Shown here: piece by piece, positions 15,684-24,458 of the stretch
How the letters are laid out: the number at the start of each line of letters is the position of its first letter
Position numbering within the stretch: position 1 is the stretch's first letter
Source of the DNA: Phycisphaera mikurensis NBRC 102666
GTDB taxonomy: Bacteria > Planctomycetota > Phycisphaerae > Phycisphaerales > Phycisphaeraceae
NCBI RefSeq assembly: GCF_000284115.1
Contig: NC_017080.1
Coordinates: forward strand, 270,001-302,000
Length of the DNA stretch: 32,000 bases
Reading direction: 5' to 3'
The notes under the pieces: generated by a model
Told to the model about the DNA's origin: nothing
The model's input: the letters and a program-made list of their open reading frames with translations, nothing else
Databases searched by the model: none
Position numbers and translations under genes: made by a program

Positions 15684-16811
15684 CTAGCCGCCCGCTGGGG
15701 CGGGAGGCTGCGGATCCGCGGACCGCCGGCGTTCCGGGTCCGAACCGTCGACGGTCCGCGGGTGGTGGGGTTCCACACCGCGGAACCGCCACCGGCCGCG
15801 CAGCCGCGCGATGGCCCAGGGGAGGGGGACGAGCAGCGTGACGGCGGCGGCGGCCGGCGCGTGCCGGAGGCTCCGCAGCGTGGGCCGGCCGCCGAGGAGC
15901 GCGAGCGTGGTCGCGGTCCAGACGATTCCCACGGCGAAGAAGCCGGTCACCGCTTCGATCGTCGAGCCGTCGATCCACCAGGCGATGGGCAGCAGGAGCA
16001 GGGCGATCCCGGCGGCAGCCATCAGGCCGTACAGGCGCTGGCGGAGGTGGGGGACCCCCAGCCGCGGATCCAGCTGCGCGTACGGCTGCGGGAACCTGCT
16101 CCGCAGGAGCCCGTCCATCTCGTACCGGCGCGCGAGCTTCAGCGGCGTGGCCCACCCCCGCGGCACGGGCGGATGAACGACCTCCGCCGCCGGGTGCCAG
16201 CGGATCTCCCCGCCGCTGGCGAGGATCTGGAACGCGAAGTCGCTGTCCTCCCGGAAGGGCACCGGATAGCGCTCGTCGAAGCGGATGCCCCGCTCGACGA
16301 TCCAGGAGCGGTCGACCAGCAGGTTGCAGGTCGGGTAGCGCCCGCCGTCGCGGTTGTCGGTCTGGTGCGTGAAGGGTGTCCGTTGCGCCGCGGGCTCGAC
16401 CACGGTCCGGCCCTCGACGGCGGCGGGCGGATCCGGCCCGTCGAAGGGCTCGAGCCCGCGGCGGAGCCAGCCGGCCCGCGGCAGCACGTCGGCGTCGAGC
16501 AGCGCAACGATCGGGGCGGCCGCCGCGTCGATCCCGCGGTTGCGCGCGGCGGCGGGCCCGGCGGGTTCCTGCCGCAGGACACGGAGCGCGAGCCCGGACC
16601 CCGCGGCGTGGGCGATGGCTCGGGCGTCGCCCACGCCCGCGGGCGTGCCGTCGTCGACGACGATCACCTCGAAGGCTTCGGCGCCCAGGTCCTGCGCGGC
16701 CAGGGCACCGACGGCGGCGGCGAGCCGGTCCAGGCCGCCGCGGACCGGGATCACCACGGCCGCGCGGGGGCCGCGGTCCGCGGATCCGGGCTCGGCGGGC
16801 GGGGCGGTCAC
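15684..16811 (-). CDS. Glycosyltransferase family 2 with C-terminal transmembrane segments
   Basis: GTG start at 16811 in a GTGA overlap. RAAVVIPVRGG...FEVIVVDDGTPAG...GPAAARNRGID...VALLDADVLPR...REDSDFAFQIL, then hydrophobic helices. Confidence 0.85.
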   Translation of the reverse strand: MTAPPAEPGSADRGPRAAVVIPVRGGLDRLAAAVGALAAQDLGAEAFEVIVVDDGTPAGVGDARAIAHAAGSGLALRVLRQEPAGPAAARNRGIDAAAAPIVALLDADVLPRAGWLRRGLEPFDGPDPPAAVEGRTVVEPAAQRTPFTHQTDNRDGGRYPTCNLLVDRSWIVERGIRFDERYPVPFREDSDFAFQILASGGEIRWHPAAEVVHPPVPRGWATPLKLARRYEMDGLLRSRFPQPYAQLDPRLGVPHLRQRLYGLMAAAGIALLLLPIAWWIDGSTIEAVTGFFAVGIVWTATTLALLGGRPTLRSLRHAPAAAAVTLLVPLPWAIARLRGRWRFRGVEPHHPRTVDGSDPERRRSADPQPPAPAGG

Positions 16812-18352
16812 GGCCGCAGCATGACCCGGATGGCCCGGCGCGGGTCCAGCCCGCTCCGCCAGCGGACCTCCCCCGCCGCCAGGCCCGCGGCCGCCGCGGC
16901 GCGGCGGGCCCGGTCGTCGAGCGGCTCGAGCGCGAGCACGGCGGCCGGCGGCACGCCCGCTTTCTCGAGCTCGCGGCCCGACATCGCCCGGCGGTCGGCG
17001 AGGAAGGCCAGCGTGGTGGCGGTGGAATTGTCGGCCAGCAGCACCGCGGCCGGCGGCGTGTTCGCGCGAAGCCACGCGGCGGCCTCGGCCACGGGCGCGA
17101 CGCCGCCGTCGGCGTAGACCCGCAGCGGCTCGGGGCTGCGTTGCTCGTGGAGCACCTCCACGAGCGCCACGGCGTTCATCCCGATCGCGGCGGCGAGCGC
17201 CGCGGGCACCGCCAGCCGGAGCGGGCGCTTCCAAGCCCGCGGGGGGGCGGCGTGGACGGCGGCGTCCACGCGGGCGGCGAGCGTCCACCAGCCAAGCAGC
17301 AGCAGGGGGAGGATCGGCAGCACGTAGCGGTCGTGCACGCCGTAGGCGCTCCACTGCAGCACGAGAAGCGCGGGGAGGATCAGCCACAGCGGGCGGAGCG
17401 GGCGGCTCGCCGCCAGGGCGAGCCCCGCGGCGAGCAGCACGCAGGCGGCGGCGGTGGCGGCGGGGCCGACGTCCAGCGCGAACACCGCCTCGGGCAGGCT
17501 CTCGGTGACCAGCTCGGGCAGGCGCCGGGTGAGGGAGCGGTGCAGCCAGCGGCCCGGGTCGCCGCGGAGCCGGCCGAGCAGGACGCCCGCGTCGTCGCGC
17601 ACCGCGGCGGAGGCGAGCCACGCGAGGCCCGCCGCCGCGGGCGCCCCCAGCAGCAGGGCCGCGAGCCGCCCCCGGGCCCGCGCGCGGGCCAGCTCCACCG
17701 CGAGCGCCAGCGCCACCGCCGCGGCGACGACCACCCAGACCGAGCGGAAGGCGGCGCAGCCCAGCAAGCCCCCGCCGACGAGCAGCCAGCCGGCGACCGG
17801 TCGCCGCGGGCGGCCGCCGGACGCCTCCCGCCACGCCCACCCCAGCAGCACGGCGAGGACGCCGGCGGCGAAGGGCAGGTCGGCGCGGGCGGCGAGGCCG
17901 TAGCTCAACCACGCCTCGCTCACGCCCAGCAGCCCCGTCACCACCACGGCCACCGGCCGCCCGGCCACGCGGCGGATCCAGAGGAAGCAAACCGCCAGCC
18001 CCGCCGCCCAGCAGGCGCCGACGAAGAGCACCGGCACGAGCACCGAGTCCGGACCAAGCAGCCGGAAGCCCGCGGCCGCGATCCACGGCAGGCCGATCGA
18101 CAGCGGCGCGTCCAGCCCGTCGGGGTGCGTGAAGCCGGTGCCGCGGGCGATCGACCGGCCGACGGACAGCGCGACGGCTCCGTCGCTCTCGGGCCGCCAG
18201 CGGCCGTTGGAGAACGCCAGGAACCACAGCGCGAGCGCCGGCGGGAGCCACCGCCGGTTCCGATCCGCCCAGGCGAGGACGCGCGGGGCCGCTCCGGGCC
18301 CGCACGGTGCCTCCGCCGCGCTCGACCCGCCCGGTTCGCCCGCGGCGTTCAA
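16808..18352 (-). CDS. Polytopic membrane protein, GT39/PMT- or ArnT-like glycosyltransferase superfamily
   Basis: TTG start at 18352 in a TTGA overlap. LAFSNGRWRPESDGAVALSVGRSIARGTGFTHPDG (acidic first-loop region) is followed by many transmembrane helices and QWSAYGVHDRYVLPILPLLLLG. Confidence 0.7.
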   Translation of the reverse strand: MNAAGEPGGSSAAEAPCGPGAAPRVLAWADRNRRWLPPALALWFLAFSNGRWRPESDGAVALSVGRSIARGTGFTHPDGLDAPLSIGLPWIAAAGFRLLGPDSVLVPVLFVGACWAAGLAVCFLWIRRVAGRPVAVVVTGLLGVSEAWLSYGLAARADLPFAAGVLAVLLGWAWREASGGRPRRPVAGWLLVGGGLLGCAAFRSVWVVVAAAVALALAVELARARARGRLAALLLGAPAAAGLAWLASAAVRDDAGVLLGRLRGDPGRWLHRSLTRRLPELVTESLPEAVFALDVGPAATAAACVLLAAGLALAASRPLRPLWLILPALLVLQWSAYGVHDRYVLPILPLLLLGWWTLAARVDAAVHAAPPRAWKRPLRLAVPAALAAAIGMNAVALVEVLHEQRSPEPLRVYADGGVAPVAEAAAWLRANTPPAAVLLADNSTATTLAFLADRRAMSGRELEKAGVPPAAVLALEPLDDRARRAAAAAGLAAGEVRWRSGLDPRRAIRVMLRP

Positions 18353-19488
18353 GCCAACGCCTTCTCGATCATGCGCTCGTACGTCTCCGCCACGGACTCC
18401 ACGCTGAAGCGCTCCAGCCACGACAGCGGCGTCGACGCGTGCCGCCCGGCCGCGGCGTCGGCGAGCGCGGCGTCCATCGCCGCGGCCAGCGGGGCGGCCT
18501 CGCCCACCGGGACGAGCCGGCCGTGCGTCCCGCCGTCGAGGATCTCCCGCGGGCCGCTGGGGCAGTCGGTGCTGACGACGGGCGTGCCCACCGCGAGCGC
18601 CTCGATGAGGACGGTGGGGAGCCCCTCGTAGCGGCTGGACAGGGCGAAGAGGTCGGCGGCGCGGAGGTTGCCCAGCGCGTCGGCGGTGAAGCCGGGCAGG
18701 TCGAAGCGGTCGTCGATGCCGAGGCGGCGGGCCTGCGCCCAGAGCTCGTCCATGCCGGCCCCGAGCCCGAAGATCACCAGCCGCGGAGCCGGCGTGTGCT
18801 CGAGCTGCGCGAAAGCCTCCAGCAGCAGCGGGAAGTCTTTCTGCACGCCGACGCGGCCCATGCCCAGCACCACCGGGCCGCCGGGCTCGCGGAAGAAGCG
18901 GTGCAGCGCGTCGCCGGCGGGCGGCGCGTCGTCGGCCCCGCCGCTCCGCCACGCGGCGAGCTCGGCGGCGGTCACCACGGCGTTGTAGACGACGGTGAAG
19001 CCCTCCCGCGGCAGGCCCGAGAGCTGCGCGTAGTCGTCGGCCACGCCCGCGGACACCGCCGCCCGCGCCGCGGCAAGGGGGTAGACCAGGCGGCAGGCCC
19101 GGTGGCTGTACCGCCGCGGCGAGAGCGGCCCCAGCTCCGCCAGCGAGGTGCTCCAGTTCGTGTGCTCGATGGGGATGCACGCCGTGCCGGCGAGCTGCGA
19201 ACCGATCACCGACAGCTCGCAGTTGACGTGCTGGCTGGCGAGCACGCAGTCGGCGGGCTGCGCTCCGAGCGTCCTCCGCAGCCCCAGCACGCGGCCGGGC
19301 AGCGAGGTGGCGCCGGTCCGGTGCACGTCGATGCCCTCGGGGAAGAACCGGAAGGCCTCGGTGAAGCCGTCGCGGTCAAGCACCAGCCGCACCTCGTGCC
19401 CGCGATCCATCAGCCCCCCGGCGAGGTTGCCCATCGCCCGCTCGATCCCGCCCGCGTAGAGCCGGTGGAGGTGGATCACGAGCTTCAT
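18349..19488 (-). CDS. Glycosyltransferase family 4/1 (GT-B fold)
   Basis: MKLVIHLHRLYAGGIERAMGNLAGGLMDRGHEV...GMGRVGVQKDFPLLLEAFA...DLFALSSRYEGLPTVLIEALAVGTPVVSTDCPSGPREIL. Confidence 0.9.
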   Translation of the reverse strand: MKLVIHLHRLYAGGIERAMGNLAGGLMDRGHEVRLVLDRDGFTEAFRFFPEGIDVHRTGATSLPGRVLGLRRTLGAQPADCVLASQHVNCELSVIGSQLAGTACIPIEHTNWSTSLAELGPLSPRRYSHRACRLVYPLAAARAAVSAGVADDYAQLSGLPREGFTVVYNAVVTAAELAAWRSGGADDAPPAGDALHRFFREPGGPVVLGMGRVGVQKDFPLLLEAFAQLEHTPAPRLVIFGLGAGMDELWAQARRLGIDDRFDLPGFTADALGNLRAADLFALSSRYEGLPTVLIEALAVGTPVVSTDCPSGPREILDGGTHGRLVPVGEAAPLAAAMDAALADAAAGRHASTPLSWLERFSVESVAETYERMIEKALA

Positions 19489-19537
19489 GCGGCGGTTTTA
19501 GCGGAAGCGGCAACCCGAGGAGCGACGCGGCCGGGGG

Positions 19538-20296
19538 TTGATCGGAAACCCGGGCGGGGCGCTAACGTCCCCCATCGACGCAGCCTCCCCCGATGAAGAC
19601 GCCGGCGGCGGCGTGCTGCACCTCATCGCCCACCAGGCGCTGCTCGCGGGGCTGTGCCAATTCATCCCCGTGCCCTTCGTCGACGATCTCGCGGGCGACC
19701 GGGTCCGGCGGTCGCTGGTGGCGAAGCTGCTGGAGCGGAGGGGCCGCTCCTTCGGGGCGCCCGCCGTCAGGCCGCTCTACGCGGGGCCGCCGACCTCGGG
19801 CCTCGCACGGGCCGCCGGCTTCACGAAGTCGCTGATCCTCAAGCCCGTCAAGAAGCTGCTGCGGACGGTCTTCCTCTTCGTGACGATCCGCCGGGCGGTG
19901 CTCGACGCGGCCGCGGCGCTGCTGCTGGGCCGCAGCCTCGACCGCCGCCTCGCGGCGGGCGGCTTCGCGGACGGCACGCCCGCCGACCGGCTCGAGGCCG
20001 AGGCGGCGGCGCTGGAGGCGGCGGTCCGCGGCGTGCTCGGCTCGCCCGAGCGGCGCGGGCTGGTGCGGCTGGTCCGCGGGAGCTTCGCGGCGCTGCGGGA
20101 GGAGGGCCTGGACGGCCCGCCGACGCCCGCAGCGCTCGAAGCCGCCGGCGGCGACCCCGAGGGCGCGCTCTCGCGGAGGCAGCGCAGCCGGCTCGCCGCG
20201 GCCGCGGACCGGCTGGGGCGGGAACTCGGCGGCGGGGAGGCCGGCGGCGTGCTCGCCCGCCTCGACGCCGCCGTCGACGCTCGCCTCGGCAACTGA
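19538..20296 (+). CDS. Conserved-looking hypothetical protein with amphipathic/membrane-proximal segments
   Basis: ORF with VLHLIAHQALLAGLCQFIPVPFVDDLAGDRVRRSLVAKLL...GFTKSLILKPVKKLLRTVFLFVTIRRAVLDAAAALLLGRSLDRRL. TTG start as supplied is uncertain. Confidence 0.6.
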   Translation: MIGNPGGALTSPIDAASPDEDAGGGVLHLIAHQALLAGLCQFIPVPFVDDLAGDRVRRSLVAKLLERRGRSFGAPAVRPLYAGPPTSGLARAAGFTKSLILKPVKKLLRTVFLFVTIRRAVLDAAAALLLGRSLDRRLAAGGFADGTPADRLEAEAAALEAAVRGVLGSPERRGLVRLVRGSFAALREEGLDGPPTPAALEAAGGDPEGALSRRQRSRLAAAADRLGRELGGGEAGGVLARLDAAVDARLGN

Positions 20297-20331
20297 AGCA
20301 TTCCGGCCCGGCAACCGATGACCGGCACTCC

Positions 20332-20354
20332 GGGCGGCGCAGGACGCGCCGCCC
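20332..20354. terminator. Hairpin between the hypothetical CDS and the first flippase, candidate terminator or leader hairpin
   Basis: Perfect 9-bp stem GGGCGGCGC / GCGCCGCCC with loop AGGAC. There is no U-tract. Confidence 0.3.
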
Positions 20355-20384
20355 GCCCAGACGAACCTTTCGCGGGATCATGGC

Positions 20385-22019
20385 TTGAGCAGCATCCCGA
20401 CGAACACGCCGCCCGCGGGCTCCGCCGACCGGCTTGCGCCGCAGGAGGCGCAGCCCACGCCGGTGCCGGATCCGGTCGAGGCCGGGCCCGCCCCGACGCC
20501 GAGCGGCGCCAACGCGGCGGCCCCGATGCGCTCGCTCCGCCAGCGGGCCGTCAACGGGGGGCTGTGGACCATCTTCGGCTTCGGGGGCGGCCAGGGCCTC
20601 CGCCTGGTGTCCAACATCCTGCTCGCCCAGGTGCTCCTCAAGGAGGACTTCGGCCTCATGGGCATGGTGTCGGTGGTCATGGCCGGCCTGCTGATGTTCT
20701 CGGACATCGGGATCGGCCCGGCGGTGATCCAGAACCGCCGGACCGACGACGCCTTCCTCAACACCGCCTGGACGATCCAAGCCGCCCGGGGGTTCCTGCT
20801 GTGGGCGGGGGCCGCGCTGCTGGCGGTCCCGGTGGCGGCCTTCTTCAGCGCCCCGTCGCTGGTGTGGGTGCTGCCGGTGGCCTCGGCCACGGCGGCGATC
20901 CAGGGCCTGCGGAGCACGAACTGGTTCAGCGCCAACCGGAACCTGTCGGTCCGCGGGATGATGTTCATCGAGCTCGGCACGGTGGTCGTGCAGGCGGTGG
21001 TGATGGTGGCCTGGGCGTACGGCGTGGACGCCTCGGTCTGGGCGCTGGTCGCCGGCGGCCTCGTGTCGACGGCCTTCCACACCGTCCTCAGCCACCTGCT
21101 GCCGGGCATCCGCAACCGGATCACGATCGACCGCGAGGCCGCCGGGGAGCTGATCCGCTTCGGCCGCTGGCTGTTCCTCTCGACGATCGTCACCTTCTTC
21201 GCGATGCACCTGGACAAGCTGTTCCTGGGTGCCTTCATGACGACGGGCGCCTTCGGCGTCTACTACATCGGCCAGCAGCTCGCGAACCTCGGGCCGACGC
21301 TGGCGTCGAAGGTCGCCCAGCTCGTCGGCTTCCCCACGCTCTCGGAGGTCCACCGGGGCCGGCCCGCCGAGTTCGACCGGCTGTTCCTGAAGCTGCGGGT
21401 GGCGTCGGTGCTGCCGATGATCGTGCTGCTGCAGCTGCTGGTGCTGCTGGGGCCGAGCCTCTTCTACCTGCTCTACCCCGTGCCGCTGTGGGGTGCCGGC
21501 TGGATCGTTCAGCTGCTGGCCATCGCGGGCATGACCTCGCTGGTGGGCGTGAGCTACGGCAACGCCTTCATGGCCAAGGGCCACACGCTCTCGAACATGC
21601 TCACCGTCACGGCGCAGGTGGCGATCACGGCGGTCGCCGTCTCGGCGGGCTTCTACCTCGGCGGCGAGACCGGCTTCCTGCTGGCGCTGGGGGTGGTGCA
21701 GCTGGCGAAGCACCCGGTCGACGCGTGGCTCGCCGACCGGCTGGGTTGCTGGCAGCCGCGCTTCGACCTCCCGGTGCTCGCGTTGGTCGTGCTCCTGTCG
21801 CTGGGCGCCGTCGCCGGCTCGCAGGCGCTCGCTCCGTCTTCGATCGCGTTGGGGGCGCAGGTGCGGGCGGCGGCGGCGGAGCTCAAGAGCGACGTCAAGC
21901 AGCGGCTGGGCTTGGGGCTGGGGCTTGGAACGGGCGGGGCGGAGGACGCAGCGCTCGGCGCCGGGGCGCCGGAGCCGGCGGCCGGGCGGGAGGGCCCGCG
22001 GGAGGCGGTGCGCCCATGA
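20385..22019 (+). CDS. Oligosaccharide flippase family protein (Wzx/PST type), paralog 1
   Basis: TTG start. RAVNGGLWTIFGFGGGQGLRLVSNILLAQVLLKEDFGLMGMVSVVMAGLLMFSDIGIGPAVIQ...WTIQAARGFLLW and about a dozen hydrophobic helices. Confidence 0.87.
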   Translation: MSSIPTNTPPAGSADRLAPQEAQPTPVPDPVEAGPAPTPSGANAAAPMRSLRQRAVNGGLWTIFGFGGGQGLRLVSNILLAQVLLKEDFGLMGMVSVVMAGLLMFSDIGIGPAVIQNRRTDDAFLNTAWTIQAARGFLLWAGAALLAVPVAAFFSAPSLVWVLPVASATAAIQGLRSTNWFSANRNLSVRGMMFIELGTVVVQAVVMVAWAYGVDASVWALVAGGLVSTAFHTVLSHLLPGIRNRITIDREAAGELIRFGRWLFLSTIVTFFAMHLDKLFLGAFMTTGAFGVYYIGQQLANLGPTLASKVAQLVGFPTLSEVHRGRPAEFDRLFLKLRVASVLPMIVLLQLLVLLGPSLFYLLYPVPLWGAGWIVQLLAIAGMTSLVGVSYGNAFMAKGHTLSNMLTVTAQVAITAVAVSAGFYLGGETGFLLALGVVQLAKHPVDAWLADRLGCWQPRFDLPVLALVVLLSLGAVAGSQALAPSSIALGAQVRAAAAELKSDVKQRLGLGLGLGTGGAEDAALGAGAPEPAAGREGPREAVRP

Positions 22020-23077
22020 GCGCAACGCCGGCACCGGCTCGGCCCGCCACGCCCGCGGATGCGGCCGCCGCGGCCCCGCGGGTGAGCGTCCTGATGCCCG
22101 CGCGCGACGCGGCGGGCTTCATCGGCGACTCGGCCCGCTCCGTGCTCGCGGAGGCGGGCGTGGCGCTGGAGCTGGTGGTCGTCGACGACGGCTCGACCGA
22201 CGGCACGGCGGCCGTGCTCGCCGGGATCGACGACCCGCGGCTGCGGGTGGTGCCCGGGCCGCGGCGCGGCATCTCCGCGGCGCTCAACGCCGCGGCGGCC
22301 GCCGCCCGCGGAAGCTTCCTCGCCCGCTGCGACGCCGACGACTTCTTCCCCGCCGGCGGTCGGCTCGGCCCGCAGCTCGGGCTGCTGGACGCCCGGCCCG
22401 ACGCCGTGGCGGTCGCCGGCGGCTACGCCTCCATGGACGCCCGCGGCCGCGACCTCGCGGTGATGGACACCGGCGCCGCGGAGGCCGACCTCACCGAGGA
22501 GCTCCGCGGCGGCCGCACCCGCACGCACCTGGGCACGTGGCTGATCCGCCGGTCCGCCTGGGAGGCCGTCGGCGGGGCGCGGAGCTGGTTCGAGAGCGCC
22601 GAGGACCTCGACCTGCAGTGCCGCCTGGCGGGCGAGGGCCGCGTGCTCTACCGGCCGGGGGTCGCCTACCGCTACCGCCTGCACGACGCCTCGATCACCC
22701 ACCGCCTTGTCAGCGCGCGGCGAACGTTCTTCGACGAAGCGGTCACCCGCTTCGCGTCCCAGCGGGCCGCGGGCGGACCCGACGACCTCGAGCGTGGGCG
22801 GCCGCCCGAGCCGCCGGGCGAGTCCACGCACGCGGGCGGACCCGGCCCGGCGGCTCCGGGGCACGCCCGGAGCCTGTCGGCGCGGCAGCAGGCGCAGGGC
22901 CACCTGATGGCCGCCGCCGGCCGCGCCACCGCGGAGGGCCGCCGGGTCGAGGCGCTCCGCCTGCTGGGCCGAGCGTTCGCGGCCGACCCCGCCGCGATCC
23001 GGCGCTGGCACCACCTCGGCCAGCAGGCCGCCTCGGCCCTGATGCGGCCGACCGGCGGCCGGGGGTCGGCCCGGTGA
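22016..23077 (+). CDS. Glycosyltransferase family 2
   Basis: ATG overlaps the upstream TGA (ATGA). RVSVLMPARDAAGFIGDSARSVLAE...ELVVVDDGSTDGT...FLARCDADDFF...YRYRLHDASITH. Confidence 0.88.
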   Translation: MSATPAPARPATPADAAAAAPRVSVLMPARDAAGFIGDSARSVLAEAGVALELVVVDDGSTDGTAAVLAGIDDPRLRVVPGPRRGISAALNAAAAAARGSFLARCDADDFFPAGGRLGPQLGLLDARPDAVAVAGGYASMDARGRDLAVMDTGAAEADLTEELRGGRTRTHLGTWLIRRSAWEAVGGARSWFESAEDLDLQCRLAGEGRVLYRPGVAYRYRLHDASITHRLVSARRTFFDEAVTRFASQRAAGGPDDLERGRPPEPPGESTHAGGPGPAAPGHARSLSARQQAQGHLMAAAGRATAEGRRVEALRLLGRAFAADPAAIRRWHHLGQQAASALMRPTGGRGSAR

Positions 23078-23167
23078 GCGTGGCTGGCCCCGGCACCCCA
23101 CGCGGGGTAGAACGTTCGGAGGGAAGGCCGCGGCCGCGCGGCTCCGGGGGCGGAAGGAGCGCTTGTC

Positions 23168-24421
23168 TTGCTTGATGAACCGACCCGACGGGCCGCCGCT
23201 GCCCCGCCCGCCGGCGGGACCCCGCGCCCCCCGCGCGTCGCGACGGCGCCCAGCGGCGACCGCTGCGACTGGGTCGACCACGCCCGCGGCCTGGGGATCC
23301 TGCTGGTGGTCTACGGCCACGTCATGCGGGGGCTGCTGCGCTCGGGGATCGTGCCCCAGAACGCGTTCCTGGAGAAGCTCGACCAGGCGATCTACGCCTT
23401 CCACATGCCGCTGTTCTTCTTCCTCTCGGGGATGTACTTCCTGCCCTCGCTGCGGCGTCGCGGGCCGGTGGCGCTGGGCCTGTGGAAGGTCGACACGGTG
23501 CTGTACCCCTACCTGGTCTGGTCGATCCTCCACGGCTCGGTGCGGGTGGCGCTGGCCGAGCGGACCAACCACGACCCGCTCGGCGTCCTCGACGTGCTGC
23601 GGGTCTGGGTGCCGATCGACCAGTACTGGTTCCTCTTCGGGCTCTTCTTCATCTTCCTCCTCGCCACGCTCCCTTTCGCGGCGTGGATCCCGCGGCAGCC
23701 GCGCACCGGGCTGGCGCTGCTGCTGATCGGCTCGTTGGCGGTCTACGGCGGCGGGGTGGACGTGCCCTTCGTCTGGCAGGAGGTCTTCGTGTTCCCCTTC
23801 CTGCTGCACTTCGCCCTGGGCGTCCTGGTGGCGACGGCCGCGGCCGCGTCGGGGCGTCGCTGGTCGGGGCCGCGGACCGGGGCCGGGCTGCTCGCCGGCG
23901 CGCTGGCGGTGGCGGGGCTGCTCGCCGCGGTCCGCGGCGGGGATCTCCTGCGCGAGGGCATGTCCTTCGAGGGCGGTGCCGATGCGCTGATCCTCGCCAT
24001 CGCCGGCATCGCCGGCACCTGCGGGCTCGCACGCCTCACGGCCGCCGCCGGCCTCGGCGGGCTGACGGCGCTGGGGGCCGGGTCGCTGCTCATCTACCTC
24101 GCCCACACCCTGCCGGCCGGCGGGGTGCGGATCCTGCTGGACCAAGGGCTCGGCTTCACGCAGCCGGGCGTGCACCTCGCGCTGGGCCTCGTCGTCGCGC
24201 TGGGGGTGCCGCTGGCCTTCGCCCGGCTCGCGGGACCGCGGCGGACCGGGCTGCTGCTGCGGGCGCCGGCGTGGCTCTCGTGCACCCGCCTCGCGGCGTG
24301 GTGGGCCGGCCGACCCCGCGGCGCCGCCGCGGGCCCGGCGGCGGGCCACGCCGGGGAGGCTGCGCTGGCGGCGCCGCCGGCGGCCGCACAGGCCGAAGGA
24401 AGCGGGTCGATCCGCCGATAG
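23168..24421 (+). CDS. Acyltransferase family 3-like membrane protein
   Basis: RCDWVDHARGLGILLVVYGHVMRGLL...IYAFHMPLFFFLSGMYFLPSLRRR; multiple transmembrane helices; GGAAGGAG Shine-Dalgarno-like sequence just upstream of TTG. Confidence 0.85.
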   Translation: MLDEPTRRAAAAPPAGGTPRPPRVATAPSGDRCDWVDHARGLGILLVVYGHVMRGLLRSGIVPQNAFLEKLDQAIYAFHMPLFFFLSGMYFLPSLRRRGPVALGLWKVDTVLYPYLVWSILHGSVRVALAERTNHDPLGVLDVLRVWVPIDQYWFLFGLFFIFLLATLPFAAWIPRQPRTGLALLLIGSLAVYGGGVDVPFVWQEVFVFPFLLHFALGVLVATAAAASGRRWSGPRTGAGLLAGALAVAGLLAAVRGGDLLREGMSFEGGADALILAIAGIAGTCGLARLTAAAGLGGLTALGAGSLLIYLAHTLPAGGVRILLDQGLGFTQPGVHLALGLVVALGVPLAFARLAGPRRTGLLLRAPAWLSCTRLAAWWAGRPRGAAAGPAAGHAGEAALAAPPAAAQAEGSGSIRR

Positions 24422-24458
24422 CCTCGTCTCCGGGGGCTCCCGCTCCCGGCCGCACCGC

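Noticed and set aside
14868-17117. 749-aa plus-strand ORF
   Set aside because: Antisense to DUF115, GT2 and GT39-like genes; composition of a shadow frame and no recognisable motifs.
15684-18305. Full 873-aa length of the supplied minus ORF
   Set aside because: Only the C-terminal 375 aa are GT2-like. The upstream part overlaps the GT39-like membrane protein in another frame and is Ala/Arg/Gly-rich. A GTGA junction at 16808-16811 gives a natural start.
20318-23077. 919-aa ORF spanning the first flippase and GT2 gene
   Set aside because: The first two thirds are the +1 shadow of the flippase. The real gene in this frame begins at ATG 22016.
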